Below, piece by piece: positions 28,801 through 41,589 of a stretch of 64,000 nucleotides of DNA. The stretch is taken from positions 204,662,001 to 204,726,000 of the forward strand of contig OZ024741.1 of assembly GCA_964016885.1 (NCBI GenBank), in the 5' to 3' direction. The translations under genes and the position numbers were made by a program. This stretch comes from Eledone cirrhosa. Its lineage: Eukaryota. Below the pieces are notes generated by a model. It was given only the letters and a program-made list of their open reading frames with translations, was not told the origin of the DNA and made no database searches. How positions within the stretch are numbered: position 1 is the first letter of the stretch; each line of letters opens with the position of its first letter.

Positions 28801-31800
28801 ATAACGAAACGAAATTAAATTTCGTTTCGTTTGTAACTCACTTTTGTATGACTGACGCCTAAACAATTAAGTTAAAGATGTACATCCATATATGTATACT
28901 GAAATACTAGTATGTATATGAATACACACACGTATACATATGTAGATGTACCAAGTTTTTTCACTGGTCACTTTACTGTGAGTGGCCAGCTATTCTGTAT
29001 GTAAACACACAGACAAACCGGTTTTTAGAGTCATACTGGTTTTTGAGGAAACACCTTTCCTCCATTCTCCAGAAAGCCAGACAAGGAATATTGAACTAGT
29101 TTCGTTGTTGTTACAACTCATCAGCAATATTTACCTATCTTCCGGCCTCTCTAGAGAATCGTAAAAGCACATATCGTTATATGCTTTTTCTATGAAAATT
29201 AGTAGTGGGCAGACTAATTTGCATAGAGTGTGAGTAAGTACCGGTTCAACGGAGACGATAAAAACAAATAACGAAACGAAATTAAATTTCGTTTCGTTTG
29301 TAACTCACTTTTGTATGACTGACGCCTAAACAATTAAGTTAAAGATGTACATCCATATATGTATACTGAAATACTAGTATGTATATGAATACACACACGT
29401 ATACATATGTAGATGTACCAAGTTTTTTCACTGGTCACTTTACTGTGAGTGGCCAGCTATTCTGTATGTAAACACACAGACAAACCGGTTTTTAGAGTCA
29501 TACTGGTTTTTGAGGAAACACCTTTCCTCCATTCTCCAGAAAGCCAGACAAGGAATATTGAACTAGTTTCGTTGTTGTTACAACTCATCAGCAATATTTA
29601 CCTATCTTCCGGCCTCTCTAGAGAATCGTAAAAGCACATATCGTTATATGCTTTTTCTATGAAAATTAGTAGTGGGCAGACTAATTTGCATAGAGTGTGA
29701 GTAAGTACCGGTTCAACGGAGACGATAAAAACAAATAACGAAACGAAATTAAATTTCGTTTCGTTTGTAACTCACTTTTGTATGACTGACGCCTAAACAA
29801 TTAAGTTAAAGATGTACATCCATATATGTATACTGAAATACTAGTATGTATATGAATACACACACGTATACATATGTAGATGTACCAAGTTTTTTCACTG
29901 GTCACTTTACTGTGAGTGGCCAGCTATTCTGTATGTAAACACACAGACAAACCGGTTTTTAGAGTCATACTGGTTTTTGAGGAAACACCTTTCCTCCATT
30001 CTCCAGAAAGCCAGACAAGGAATATTGAACTAGTTTCGTTGTTGTTACAACTCATCAGCAATATTTACCTATCTTCCGGCCTCTCTAGAGAATCGTAAAA
30101 GCACATATCGTTATATGCTTTTTCTATGAAAATTAGTAGTGGGCAGACTAATTTGCATAGAGTGTGAGTAAGTACCGGTTCAACGGAGACGATAAAAACA
30201 AATAACGAAACGAAATTAAATTTCGTTTCGTTTGTAACTCACTTTTGTATGACTGACGCCTAAACAATTAAGTTAAAGATGTACATCCATATATGTATAC
30301 TGAAATACTAGTATGTATATGAATACACACACGTATACATATGTAGATGTACCAAGTTTTTTCACTGGTCACTTTACTGTGAGTGGCCAGCTATTCTGTA
30401 TGTAAACACACAGACAAACCGGTTTTTAGAGTCATACTGGTTTTTGAGGAAACACCTTTCCTCCATTCTCCAGAAAGCCAGACAAGGAATATTGAACTAG
30501 TTTCGTTGTTGTTACAACTCATCAGCAATATTTACCTATCTTCCGGCCTCTCTAGAGAATCGTAAAAGCACATATCGTTATATGCTTTTTCTATGAAAAT
30601 TAGTAGTGGGCAGACTAATTTGCATAGAGTGTGAGTAAGTACCGGTTCAACGGAGACGATAAAAACAAATAACGAAACGAAATTAAATTTCGTTTCGTTT
30701 GTAACTCACTTTTGTATGACTGACGCCTAAACAATTAAGTTAAAGATGTACATCCATATATGTATACTGAAATACTAGTATGTATATGAATACACACACG
30801 TATACATATGTAGATGTACCAAGTTTTTTCACTGGTCACTTTACTGTGAGTGGCCAGCTATTCTGTATGTAAACACACAGACAAACCGGTTTTTAGAGTC
30901 ATACTGGTTTTTGAGGAAACACCTTTCCTCCATTCTCCAGAAAGCCAGACAAGGAATATTGAACTAGTTTCGTTGTTGTTACAACTCATCAGCAATATTT
31001 ACCTATCTTCCGGCCTCTCTAGAGAATCGTAAAAGCACATATCGTTATATGCTTTTTCTATGAAAATTAGTAGTGGGCAGACTAATTTGCATAGAGTGTG
31101 AGTAAGTACCGGTTCAACGGAGACGATAAAAACAAATAACGAAACGAAATTAAATTTCGTTTCGTTTGTAACTCACTTTTGTATGACTGACGCCTAAACA
31201 ATTAAGTTAAAGATGTACATCCATATATGTATACTGAAATACTAGTATGTATATGAATACACACACGTATACATATGTAGATGTACCAAGTTTTTTCACT
31301 GGTCACTTTACTGTGAGTGGCCAGCTATTCTGTATGTAAACACACAGACAAACCGGTTTTTAGAGTCATACTGGTTTTTGAGGAAACACCTTTCCTCCAT
31401 TCTCCAGAAAGCCAGACAAGGAATATTGAACTAGTTTCGTTGTTGTTACAACTCATCAGCAATATTTACCTATCTTCCGGCCTCTCTAGAGAATCGTAAA
31501 AGCACATATCGTTATATGCTTTTTCTATGAAAATTAGTAGTGGGCAGACTAATTTGCATAGAGTGTGAGTAAGTACCGGTTCAACGGAGACGATAAAAAC
31601 AAATAACGAAACGAAATTAAATTTCGTTTCGTTTGTAACTCACTTTTGTATGACTGACGCCTAAACAATTAAGTTAAAGATGTACATCCATATATGTATA
31701 CTGAAATACTAGTATGTATATGAATACACACACGTATACATATGTAGATGTACCAAGTTTTTTCACTGGTCACTTTACTGTGAGTGGCCAGCTATTCTGT

Positions 31801-34800
31801 ATGTAAACACACAGACAAACCGGTTTTTAGAGTCATACTGGTTTTTGAGGAAACACCTTTCCTCCATTCTCCAGAAAGCCAGACAAGGAATATTGAACTA
31901 GTTTCGTTGTTGTTACAACTCATCAGCAATATTTACCTATCTTCCGGCCTCTCTAGAGAATCGTAAAAGCACATATCGTTATATGCTTTTTCTATGAAAA
32001 TTAGTAGTGGGCAGACTAATTTGCATAGAGTGTGAGTAAGTACCGGTTCAACGGAGACGATAAAAACAAATAACGAAACGAAATTAAATTTCGTTTCGTT
32101 TGTAACTCACTTTTGTATGACTGACGCCTAAACAATTAAGTTAAAGATGTACATCCATATATGTATACTGAAATACTAGTATGTATATGAATACACACAC
32201 GTATACATATGTAGATGTACCAAGTTTTTTCACTGGTCACTTTACTGTGAGTGGCCAGCTATTCTGTATGTAAACACACAGACAAACCGGTTTTTAGAGT
32301 CATACTGGTTTTTGAGGAAACACCTTTCCTCCATTCTCCAGAAAGCCAGACAAGGAATATTGAACTAGTTTCGTTGTTGTTACAACTCATCAGCAATATT
32401 TACCTATCTTCCGGCCTCTCTAGAGAATCGTAAAAGCACATATCGTTATATGCTTTTTCTATGAAAATTAGTAGTGGGCAGACTAATTTGCATAGAGTGT
32501 GAGTAAGTACCGGTTCAACGGAGACGATAAAAACAAATAACGAAACGAAATTAAATTTCGTTTCGTTTGTAACTCACTTTTGTATGACTGACGCCTAAAC
32601 AATTAAGTTAAAGATGTACATCCATATATGTATACTGAAATACTAGTATGTATATGAATACACACACGTATACATATGTAGATGTACCAAGTTTTTTCAC
32701 TGGTCACTTTACTGTGAGTGGCCAGCTATTCTGTATGTAAACACACAGACAAACCGGTTTTTAGAGTCATACTGGTTTTTGAGGAAACACCTTTCCTCCA
32801 TTCTCCAGAAAGCCAGACAAGGAATATTGAACTAGTTTCGTTGTTGTTACAACTCATCAGCAATATTTACCTATCTTCCGGCCTCTCTAGAGAATCGTAA
32901 AAGCACATATCGTTATATGCTTTTTCTATGAAAATTAGTAGTGGGCAGACTAATTTGCATAGAGTGTGAGTAAGTACCGGTTCAACGGAGACGATAAAAA
33001 CAAATAACGAAACGAAATTAAATTTCGTTTCGTTTGTAACTCACTTTTGTATGACTGACGCCTAAACAATTAAGTTAAAGATGTACATCCATATATGTAT
33101 ACTGAAATACTAGTATGTATATGAATACACACACGTATACATATGTAGATGTACCAAGTTTTTTCACTGGTCACTTTACTGTGAGTGGCCAGCTATTCTG
33201 TATGTAAACACACAGACAAACCGGTTTTTAGAGTCATACTGGTTTTTGAGGAAACACCTTTCCTCCATTCTCCAGAAAGCCAGACAAGGAATATTGAACT
33301 AGTTTCGTTGTTGTTACAACTCATCAGCAATATTTACCTATCTTCCGGCCTCTCTAGAGAATCGTAAAAGCACATATCGTTATATGCTTTTTCTATGAAA
33401 ATTAGTAGTGGGCAGACTAATTTGCATAGAGTGTGAGTAAGTACCGGTTCAACGGAGACGATAAAAACAAATAACGAAACGAAATTAAATTTCGTTTCGT
33501 TTGTAACTCACTTTTGTATGACTGACGCCTAAACAATTAAGTTAAAGATGTACATCCATATATGTATACTGAAATACTAGTATGTATATGAATACACACA
33601 CGTATACATATGTAGATGTACCAAGTTTTTTCACTGGTCACTTTACTGTGAGTGGCCAGCTATTCTGTATGTAAACACACAGACAAACCGGTTTTTAGAG
33701 TCATACTGGTTTTTGAGGAAACACCTTTCCTCCATTCTCCAGAAAGCCAGACAAGGAATATTGAACTAGTTTCGTTGTTGTTACAACTCATCAGCAATAT
33801 TTACCTATCTTCCGGCCTCTCTAGAGAATCGTAAAAGCACATATCGTTATATGCTTTTTCTATGAAAATTAGTAGTGGGCAGACTAATTTGCATAGAGTG
33901 TGAGTAAGTACCGGTTCAACGGAGACGATAAAAACAAATAACGAAACGAAATTAAATTTCGTTTCGTTTGTAACTCACTTTTGTATGACTGACGCCTAAA
34001 CAATTAAGTTAAAGATGTACATCCATATATGTATACTGAAATACTAGTATGTATATGAATACACACACGTATACATATGTAGATGTACCAAGTTTTTTCA
34101 CTGGTCACTTTACTGTGAGTGGCCAGCTATTCTGTATGTAAACACACAGACAAACCGGTTTTTAGAGTCATACTGGTTTTTGAGGAAACACCTTTCCTCC
34201 ATTCTCCAGAAAGCCAGACAAGGAATATTGAACTAGTTTCGTTGTTGTTACAACTCATCAGCAATATTTACCTATCTTCCGGCCTCTCTAGAGAATCGTA
34301 AAAGCACATATCGTTATATGCTTTTTCTATGAAAATTAGTAGTGGGCAGACTAATTTGCATAGAGTGTGAGTAAGTACCGGTTCAACGGAGACGATAAAA
34401 ACAAATAACGAAACGAAATTAAATTTCGTTTCGTTTGTAACTCACTTTTGTATGACTGACGCCTAAACAATTAAGTTAAAGATGTACATCCATATATGTA
34501 TACTGAAATACTAGTATGTATATGAATACACACACGTATACATATGTAGATGTACCAAGTTTTTTCACTGGTCACTTTACTGTGAGTGGCCAGCTATTCT
34601 GTATGTAAACACACAGACAAACCGGTTTTTAGAGTCATACTGGTTTTTGAGGAAACACCTTTCCTCCATTCTCCAGAAAGCCAGACAAGGAATATTGAAC
34701 TAGTTTCGTTGTTGTTACAACTCATCAGCAATATTTACCTATCTTCCGGCCTCTCTAGAGAATCGTAAAAGCACATATCGTTATATGCTTTTTCTATGAA

Positions 34801-37800
34801 AATTAGTAGTGGGCAGACTAATTTGCATAGAGTGTGAGTAAGTACCGGTTCAACGGAGACGATAAAAACAAATAACGAAACGAAATTAAATTTCGTTTCG
34901 TTTGTAACTCACTTTTGTATGACTGACGCCTAAACAATTAAGTTAAAGATGTACATCCATATATGTATACTGAAATACTAGTATGTATATGAATACACAC
35001 ACGTATACATATGTAGATGTACCAAGTTTTTTCACTGGTCACTTTACTGTGAGTGGCCAGCTATTCTGTATGTAAACACACAGACAAACCGGTTTTTAGA
35101 GTCATACTGGTTTTTGAGGAAACACCTTTCCTCCATTCTCCAGAAAGCCAGACAAGGAATATTGAACTAGTTTCGTTGTTGTTACAACTCATCAGCAATA
35201 TTTACCTATCTTCCGGCCTCTCTAGAGAATCGTAAAAGCACATATCGTTATATGCTTTTTCTATGAAAATTAGTAGTGGGCAGACTAATTTGCATAGAGT
35301 GTGAGTAAGTACCGGTTCAACGGAGACGATAAAAACAAATAACGAAACGAAATTAAATTTCGTTTCGTTTGTAACTCACTTTTGTATGACTGACGCCTAA
35401 ACAATTAAGTTAAAGATGTACATCCATATATGTATACTGAAATACTAGTATGTATATGAATACACACACGTATACATATGTAGATGTACCAAGTTTTTTC
35501 ACTGGTCACTTTACTGTGAGTGGCCAGCTATTCTGTATGTAAACACACAGACAAACCGGTTTTTAGAGTCATACTGGTTTTTGAGGAAACACCTTTCCTC
35601 CATTCTCCAGAAAGCCAGACAAGGAATATTGAACTAGTTTCGTTGTTGTTACAACTCATCAGCAATATTTACCTATCTTCCGGCCTCTCTAGAGAATCGT
35701 AAAAGCACATATCGTTATATGCTTTTTCTATGAAAATTAGTAGTGGGCAGACTAATTTGCATAGAGTGTGAGTAAGTACCGGTTCAACGGAGACGATAAA
35801 AACAAATAACGAAACGAAATTAAATTTCGTTTCGTTTGTAACTCACTTTTGTATGACTGACGCCTAAACAATTAAGTTAAAGATGTACATCCATATATGT
35901 ATACTGAAATACTAGTATGTATATGAATACACACACGTATACATATGTAGATGTACCAAGTTTTTTCACTGGTCACTTTACTGTGAGTGGCCAGCTATTC
36001 TGTATGTAAACACACAGACAAACCGGTTTTTAGAGTCATACTGGTTTTTGAGGAAACACCTTTCCTCCATTCTCCAGAAAGCCAGACAAGGAATATTGAA
36101 CTAGTTTCGTTGTTGTTACAACTCATCAGCAATATTTACCTATCTTCCGGCCTCTCTAGAGAATCGTAAAAGCACATATCGTTATATGCTTTTTCTATGA
36201 AAATTAGTAGTGGGCAGACTAATTTGCATAGAGTGTGAGTAAGTACCGGTTCAACGGAGACGATAAAAACAAATAACGAAACGAAATTAAATTTCGTTTC
36301 GTTTGTAACTCACTTTTGTATGACTGACGCCTAAACAATTAAGTTAAAGATGTACATCCATATATGTATACTGAAATACTAGTATGTATATGAATACACA
36401 CACGTATACATATGTAGATGTACCAAGTTTTTTCACTGGTCACTTTACTGTGAGTGGCCAGCTATTCTGTATGTAAACACACAGACAAACCGGTTTTTAG
36501 AGTCATACTGGTTTTTGAGGAAACACCTTTCCTCCATTCTCCAGAAAGCCAGACAAGGAATATTGAACTAGTTTCGTTGTTGTTACAACTCATCAGCAAT
36601 ATTTACCTATCTTCCGGCCTCTCTAGAGAATCGTAAAAGCACATATCGTTATATGCTTTTTCTATGAAAATTAGTAGTGGGCAGACTAATTTGCATAGAG
36701 TGTGAGTAAGTACCGGTTCAACGGAGACGATAAAAACAAATAACGAAACGAAATTAAATTTCGTTTCGTTTGTAACTCACTTTTGTATGACTGACGCCTA
36801 AACAATTAAGTTAAAGATGTACATCCATATATGTATACTGAAATACTAGTATGTATATGAATACACACACGTATACATATGTAGATGTACCAAGTTTTTT
36901 CACTGGTCACTTTACTGTGAGTGGCCAGCTATTCTGTATGTAAACACACAGACAAACCGGTTTTTAGAGTCATACTGGTTTTTGAGGAAACACCTTTCCT
37001 CCATTCTCCAGAAAGCCAGACAAGGAATATTGAACTAGTTTCGTTGTTGTTACAACTCATCAGCAATATTTACCTATCTTCCGGCCTCTCTAGAGAATCG
37101 TAAAAGCACATATCGTTATATGCTTTTTCTATGAAAATTAGTAGTGGGCAGACTAATTTGCATAGAGTGTGAGTAAGTACCGGTTCAACGGAGACGATAA
37201 AAACAAATAACGAAACGAAATTAAATTTCGTTTCGTTTGTAACTCACTTTTGTATGACTGACGCCTAAACAATTAAGTTAAAGATGTACATCCATATATG
37301 TATACTGAAATACTAGTATGTATATGAATACACACACGTATACATATGTAGATGTACCAAGTTTTTTCACTGGTCACTTTACTGTGAGTGGCCAGCTATT
37401 CTGTATGTAAACACACAGACAAACCGGTTTTTAGAGTCATACTGGTTTTTGAGGAAACACCTTTCCTCCATTCTCCAGAAAGCCAGACAAGGAATATTGA
37501 ACTAGTTTCGTTGTTGTTACAACTCATCAGCAATATTTACCTATCTTCCGGCCTCTCTAGAGAATCGTAAAAGCACATATCGTTATATGCTTTTTCTATG
37601 AAAATTAGTAGTGGGCAGACTAATTTGCATAGAGTGTGAGTAAGTACCGGTTCAACGGAGACGATAAAAACAAATAACGAAACGAAATTAAATTTCGTTT
37701 CGTTTGTAACTCACTTTTGTATGACTGACGCCTAAACAATTAAGTTAAAGATGTACATCCATATATGTATACTGAAATACTAGTATGTATATGAATACAC

Positions 37801-40418
37801 ACACGTATACATATGTAGATGTACCAAGTTTTTTCACTGGTCACTTTACTGTGAGTGGCCAGCTATTCTGTATGTAAACACACAGACAAACCGGTTTTTA
37901 GAGTCATACTGGTTTTTGAGGAAACACCTTTCCTCCATTCTCCAGAAAGCCAGACAAGGAATATTGAACTAGTTTCGTTGTTGTTACAACTCATCAGCAA
38001 TATTTACCTATCTTCCGGCCTCTCTAGAGAATCGTAAAAGCACATATCGTTATATGCTTTTTCTATGAAAATTAGTAGTGGGCAGACTAATTTGCATAGA
38101 GTGTGAGTAAGTACCGGTTCAACGGAGACGATAAAAACAAATAACGAAACGAAATTAAATTTCGTTTCGTTTGTAACTCACTTTTGTATGACTGACGCCT
38201 AAACAATTAAGTTAAAGATGTACATCCATATATGTATACTGAAATACTAGTATGTATATGAATACACACACGTATACATATGTAGATGTACCAAGTTTTT
38301 TCACTGGTCACTTTACTGTGAGTGGCCAGCTATTCTGTATGTAAACACACAGACAAACCGGTTTTTAGAGTCATACTGGTTTTTGAGGAAACACCTTTCC
38401 TCCATTCTCCAGAAAGCCAGACAAGGAATATTGAACTAGTTTCGTTGTTGTTACAACTCATCAGCAATATTTACCTATCTTCCGGCCTCTCTAGAGAATC
38501 GTAAAAGCACATATCGTTATATGCTTTTTCTATGAAAATTAGTAGTGGGCAGACTAATTTGCATAGAGTGTGAGTAAGTACCGGTTCAACGGAGACGATA
38601 AAAACAAATAACGAAACGAAATTAAATTTCGTTTCGTTTGTAACTCACTTTTGTATGACTGACGCCTAAACAATTAAGTTAAAGATGTACATCCATATAT
38701 GTATACTGAAATACTAGTATGTATATGAATACACACACGTATACATATGTAGATGTACCAAGTTTTTTCACTGGTCACTTTACTGTGAGTGGCCAGCTAT
38801 TCTGTATGTAAACACACAGACAAACCGGTTTTTAGAGTCATACTGGTTTTTGAGGAAACACCTTTCCTCCATTCTCCAGAAAGCCAGACAAGGAATATTG
38901 AACTAGTTTCGTTGTTGTTACAACTCATCAGCAATATTTACCTATCTTCCGGCCTCTCTAGAGAATCGTAAAAGCACATATCGTTATATGCTTTTTCTAT
39001 GAAAATTAGTAGTGGGCAGACTAATTTGCATAGAGTGTGAGTAAGTACCGGTTCAACGGAGACGATAAAAACAAATAACGAAACGAAATTAAATTTCGTT
39101 TCGTTTGTAACTCACTTTTGTATGACTGACGCCTAAACAATTAAGTTAAAGATGTACATCCATATATGTATACTGAAATACTAGTATGTATATGAATACA
39201 CACACGTATACATATGTAGATGTACCAAGTTTTTTCACTGGTCACTTTACTGTGAGTGGCCAGCTATTCTGTATGTAAACACACAGACAAACCGGTTTTT
39301 AGAGTCATACTGGTTTTTGAGGAAACACCTTTCCTCCATTCTCCAGAAAGCCAGACAAGGAATATTGAACTAGTTTCGTTGTTGTTACAACTCATCAGCA
39401 ATATTTACCTATCTTCCGGCCTCTCTAGAGAATCGTAAAAGCACATATCGTTATATGCTTTTTCTATGAAAATTAGTAGTGGGCAGACTAATTTGCATAG
39501 AGTGTGAGTAAGTACCGGTTCAACGGAGACGATAAAAACAAATAACGAAACGAAATTAAATTTCGTTTCGTTTGTAACTCACTTTTGTATGACTGACGCC
39601 TAAACAATTAAGTTAAAGATGTACATCCATATATGTATACTGAAATACTAGTATGTATATGAATACACACACGTATACATATGTAGATGTACCAAGTTTT
39701 TTCACTGGTCACTTTACTGTGAGTGGCCAGCTATTCTGTATGTAAACACACAGACAAACCGGTTTTTAGAGTCATACTGGTTTTTGAGGAAACACCTTTC
39801 CTCCATTCTCCAGAAAGCCAGACAAGGAATATTGAACTAGTTTCGTTGTTGTTACAACTCATCAGCAATATTTACCTATCTTCCGGCCTCTCTAGAGAAT
39901 CGTAAAAGCACATATCGTTATATGCTTTTTCTATGAAAATTAGTAGTGGGCAGACTAATTTGCATAGAGTGTGAGTAAGTACCGGTTCAACGGAGACGAT
40001 AAAAACAAATAACGAAACGAAATTAAATTTCGTTTCGTTTGTAACTCACTTTTGTATGACTGACGCCTAAACAATTAAGTTAAAGATGTACATCCATATA
40101 TGTATACTGAAATACTAGTATGTATATGAATACACACACGTATACATATGTAGATGTACCAAGTTTTTTCACTGGTCACTTTACTGTGAGTGGCCAGCTA
40201 TTCTGTATGTAAACACACAGACAAACCGGTTTTTAGAGTCATACTGGTTTTTGAGGAAACACCTTTCCTCCATTCTCCAGAAAGCCAGACAAGGAATATT
40301 GAACTAGTTTCGTTGTTGTTACAACTCATCAGCAATATTTACCTATCTTCCGGCCTCTCTAGAGAATCGTAAAAGCACATATCGTTATATGCTTTTTCTA
40401 TGAAAATTAGTAGTGGGC
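7851..40418 (-). repeat. Tandem array of about 69.7 head-to-tail 467-bp units, each with a hammerhead ribozyme (retrozyme-like array)
   Basis: The same 60-aa pseudo-ORF recurs 70 times at exactly 467-bp spacing (7967 to 40190 = 69 x 467). No variant was spotted by eye. Both ends are flanked by (TA)n. Confidence 0.98.
8072..8116 (-). ncRNA. Minimal type I hammerhead ribozyme (first of 70 copies, repeated every 467 bp; last copy 40295-40339)
   Basis: Minus strand reads AAUAUUG-CUGAUGA-GUUGU-AACA-ACAAC-GAAA-C-UA-G-UU^CAAUAUU: 7-bp stem I, intact catalytic core, 5-bp stem II, and a minimal stem III inside the palindrome AACUAGUU. Predicted cleavage is between 8079 and 8078 (GUU triplet). Confidence 0.88.
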
Positions 40419-40612
40419 CACTCACAGTAAAGTGACCAGTGAAAAAACTTGGTACATCTACATATGTATACGTGTGTGTATTCATATACATACTAGTATT
40501 TCAGTATACATATATGGATGTACATCTTTAACTTAATTGTTTAGGCGTCAGTCATACAAAAGTGAGTTACAAACGAAACGAAATTTAATTTCGTTTCGTT
40601 ATTTGTTTTTAT
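40416..40612 (+). repeat. 197-bp inverted partial copy of the array unit, terminating the array
   Basis: ggccactcacagtaaagtgaccag...atttgtttttat is the reverse complement of the unit segment ataaaaacaaat...gagtggcc. There is a 3-bp GGC microhomology at the flip point (40416-40418). The segment lacks the ribozyme. Confidence 0.95.
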
Positions 40613-40636
40613 ATATATATATATTATATATATAAT

Positions 40637-40691
<55 letters not shown>

Positions 40692-40857
40692 ATATATATA
40701 TATATATAATATATATATTATATATATATTATATATATATTATATATATATATATATAATATATATATTATATATATATTATATATATATTATATATATA
40801 TATATATATATAATATATATATTATATATATATATATATAATATATATATTATATAT

Positions 40858-40888
<31 letters not shown>

Positions 40889-41468
40889 TATATATTATAT
40901 ATATTATATATATATTATATATATTATATATATATTATATATTATATATTATATATATTATATATATATTATATATTATATATATTATATATATATTATA
41001 TATATTATATATATATTATATATTATATATTATATATATTATATATATATTATATATTATATATATTATATATATATTATATATTATATATATTATATAT
41101 ATATTATATATATATTATATATTATATATATTATATATATATTATATATTATATATATTATATATATATTATATATATATATATATTATATATTATATAT
41201 ATTATATATATATTATATATATATATATATTATATATATTATATATATATTATATATATATATATATAATATATATATATTATCTATATATATATATTAT
41301 ATATTATATATATTATATATATATTATATATTATATATATTATATATATATTATCTATATATATATATTATATATTATATATATTATATATAATATATAT
41401 ATATATTATATATATATATATAATATATATATATTATATATATAATATGTATTATATATATATATAAT

Positions 41469-41589
41469 GTGAAGGCGTGTGGCTGAGTGGTTAGAGTATT
41501 GGATTCACAATCGTGAGGTTGTGAGTTCGATTCCTGAACCAGGCGATGCGTTATGTCCTTGAGCAAGACACTTTATTTCACGTTGCTCC
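41469..41589 (+). mobile_element. SINE head (tRNA-like) plus CORE-like domain, 3'-truncated
   Basis: A box TGGCTGAGTGG, B box GAGTTCGATTCC, then tgtccttgagcaagacactttatttcacg. Confidence 0.82.

Noticed and set aside
7967-40372. 70 copies of a 60-aa ORF (MASYSVCKH...) as a tandem gene family
   Set aside because: It starts at GTG, has no recognisable domain or gene structure, and overlaps the antisense of the ribozyme. It is a by-product of the repeat.
7851-40418. CRISPR array or repeat-spacer system
   Set aside because: There are no variable spacers, the units are identical over 467 bp, the context is a eukaryotic intron, and no cas genes are present.
7851-40418. Tandem 5S rRNA, snRNA, tRNA, SL-RNA or histone gene cluster, or centromeric satellite
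   Set aside because: I recognised no such gene in the unit. The intronic location, sharp ends and ribozyme argue against a centromeric satellite, although this is not formally excluded.
41474-41548. tRNA gene (Val-like, CAC loop)
   Set aside because: A and B boxes are present, but the acceptor and anticodon stems do not close and the sequence continues into a SINE core shared with other copies.
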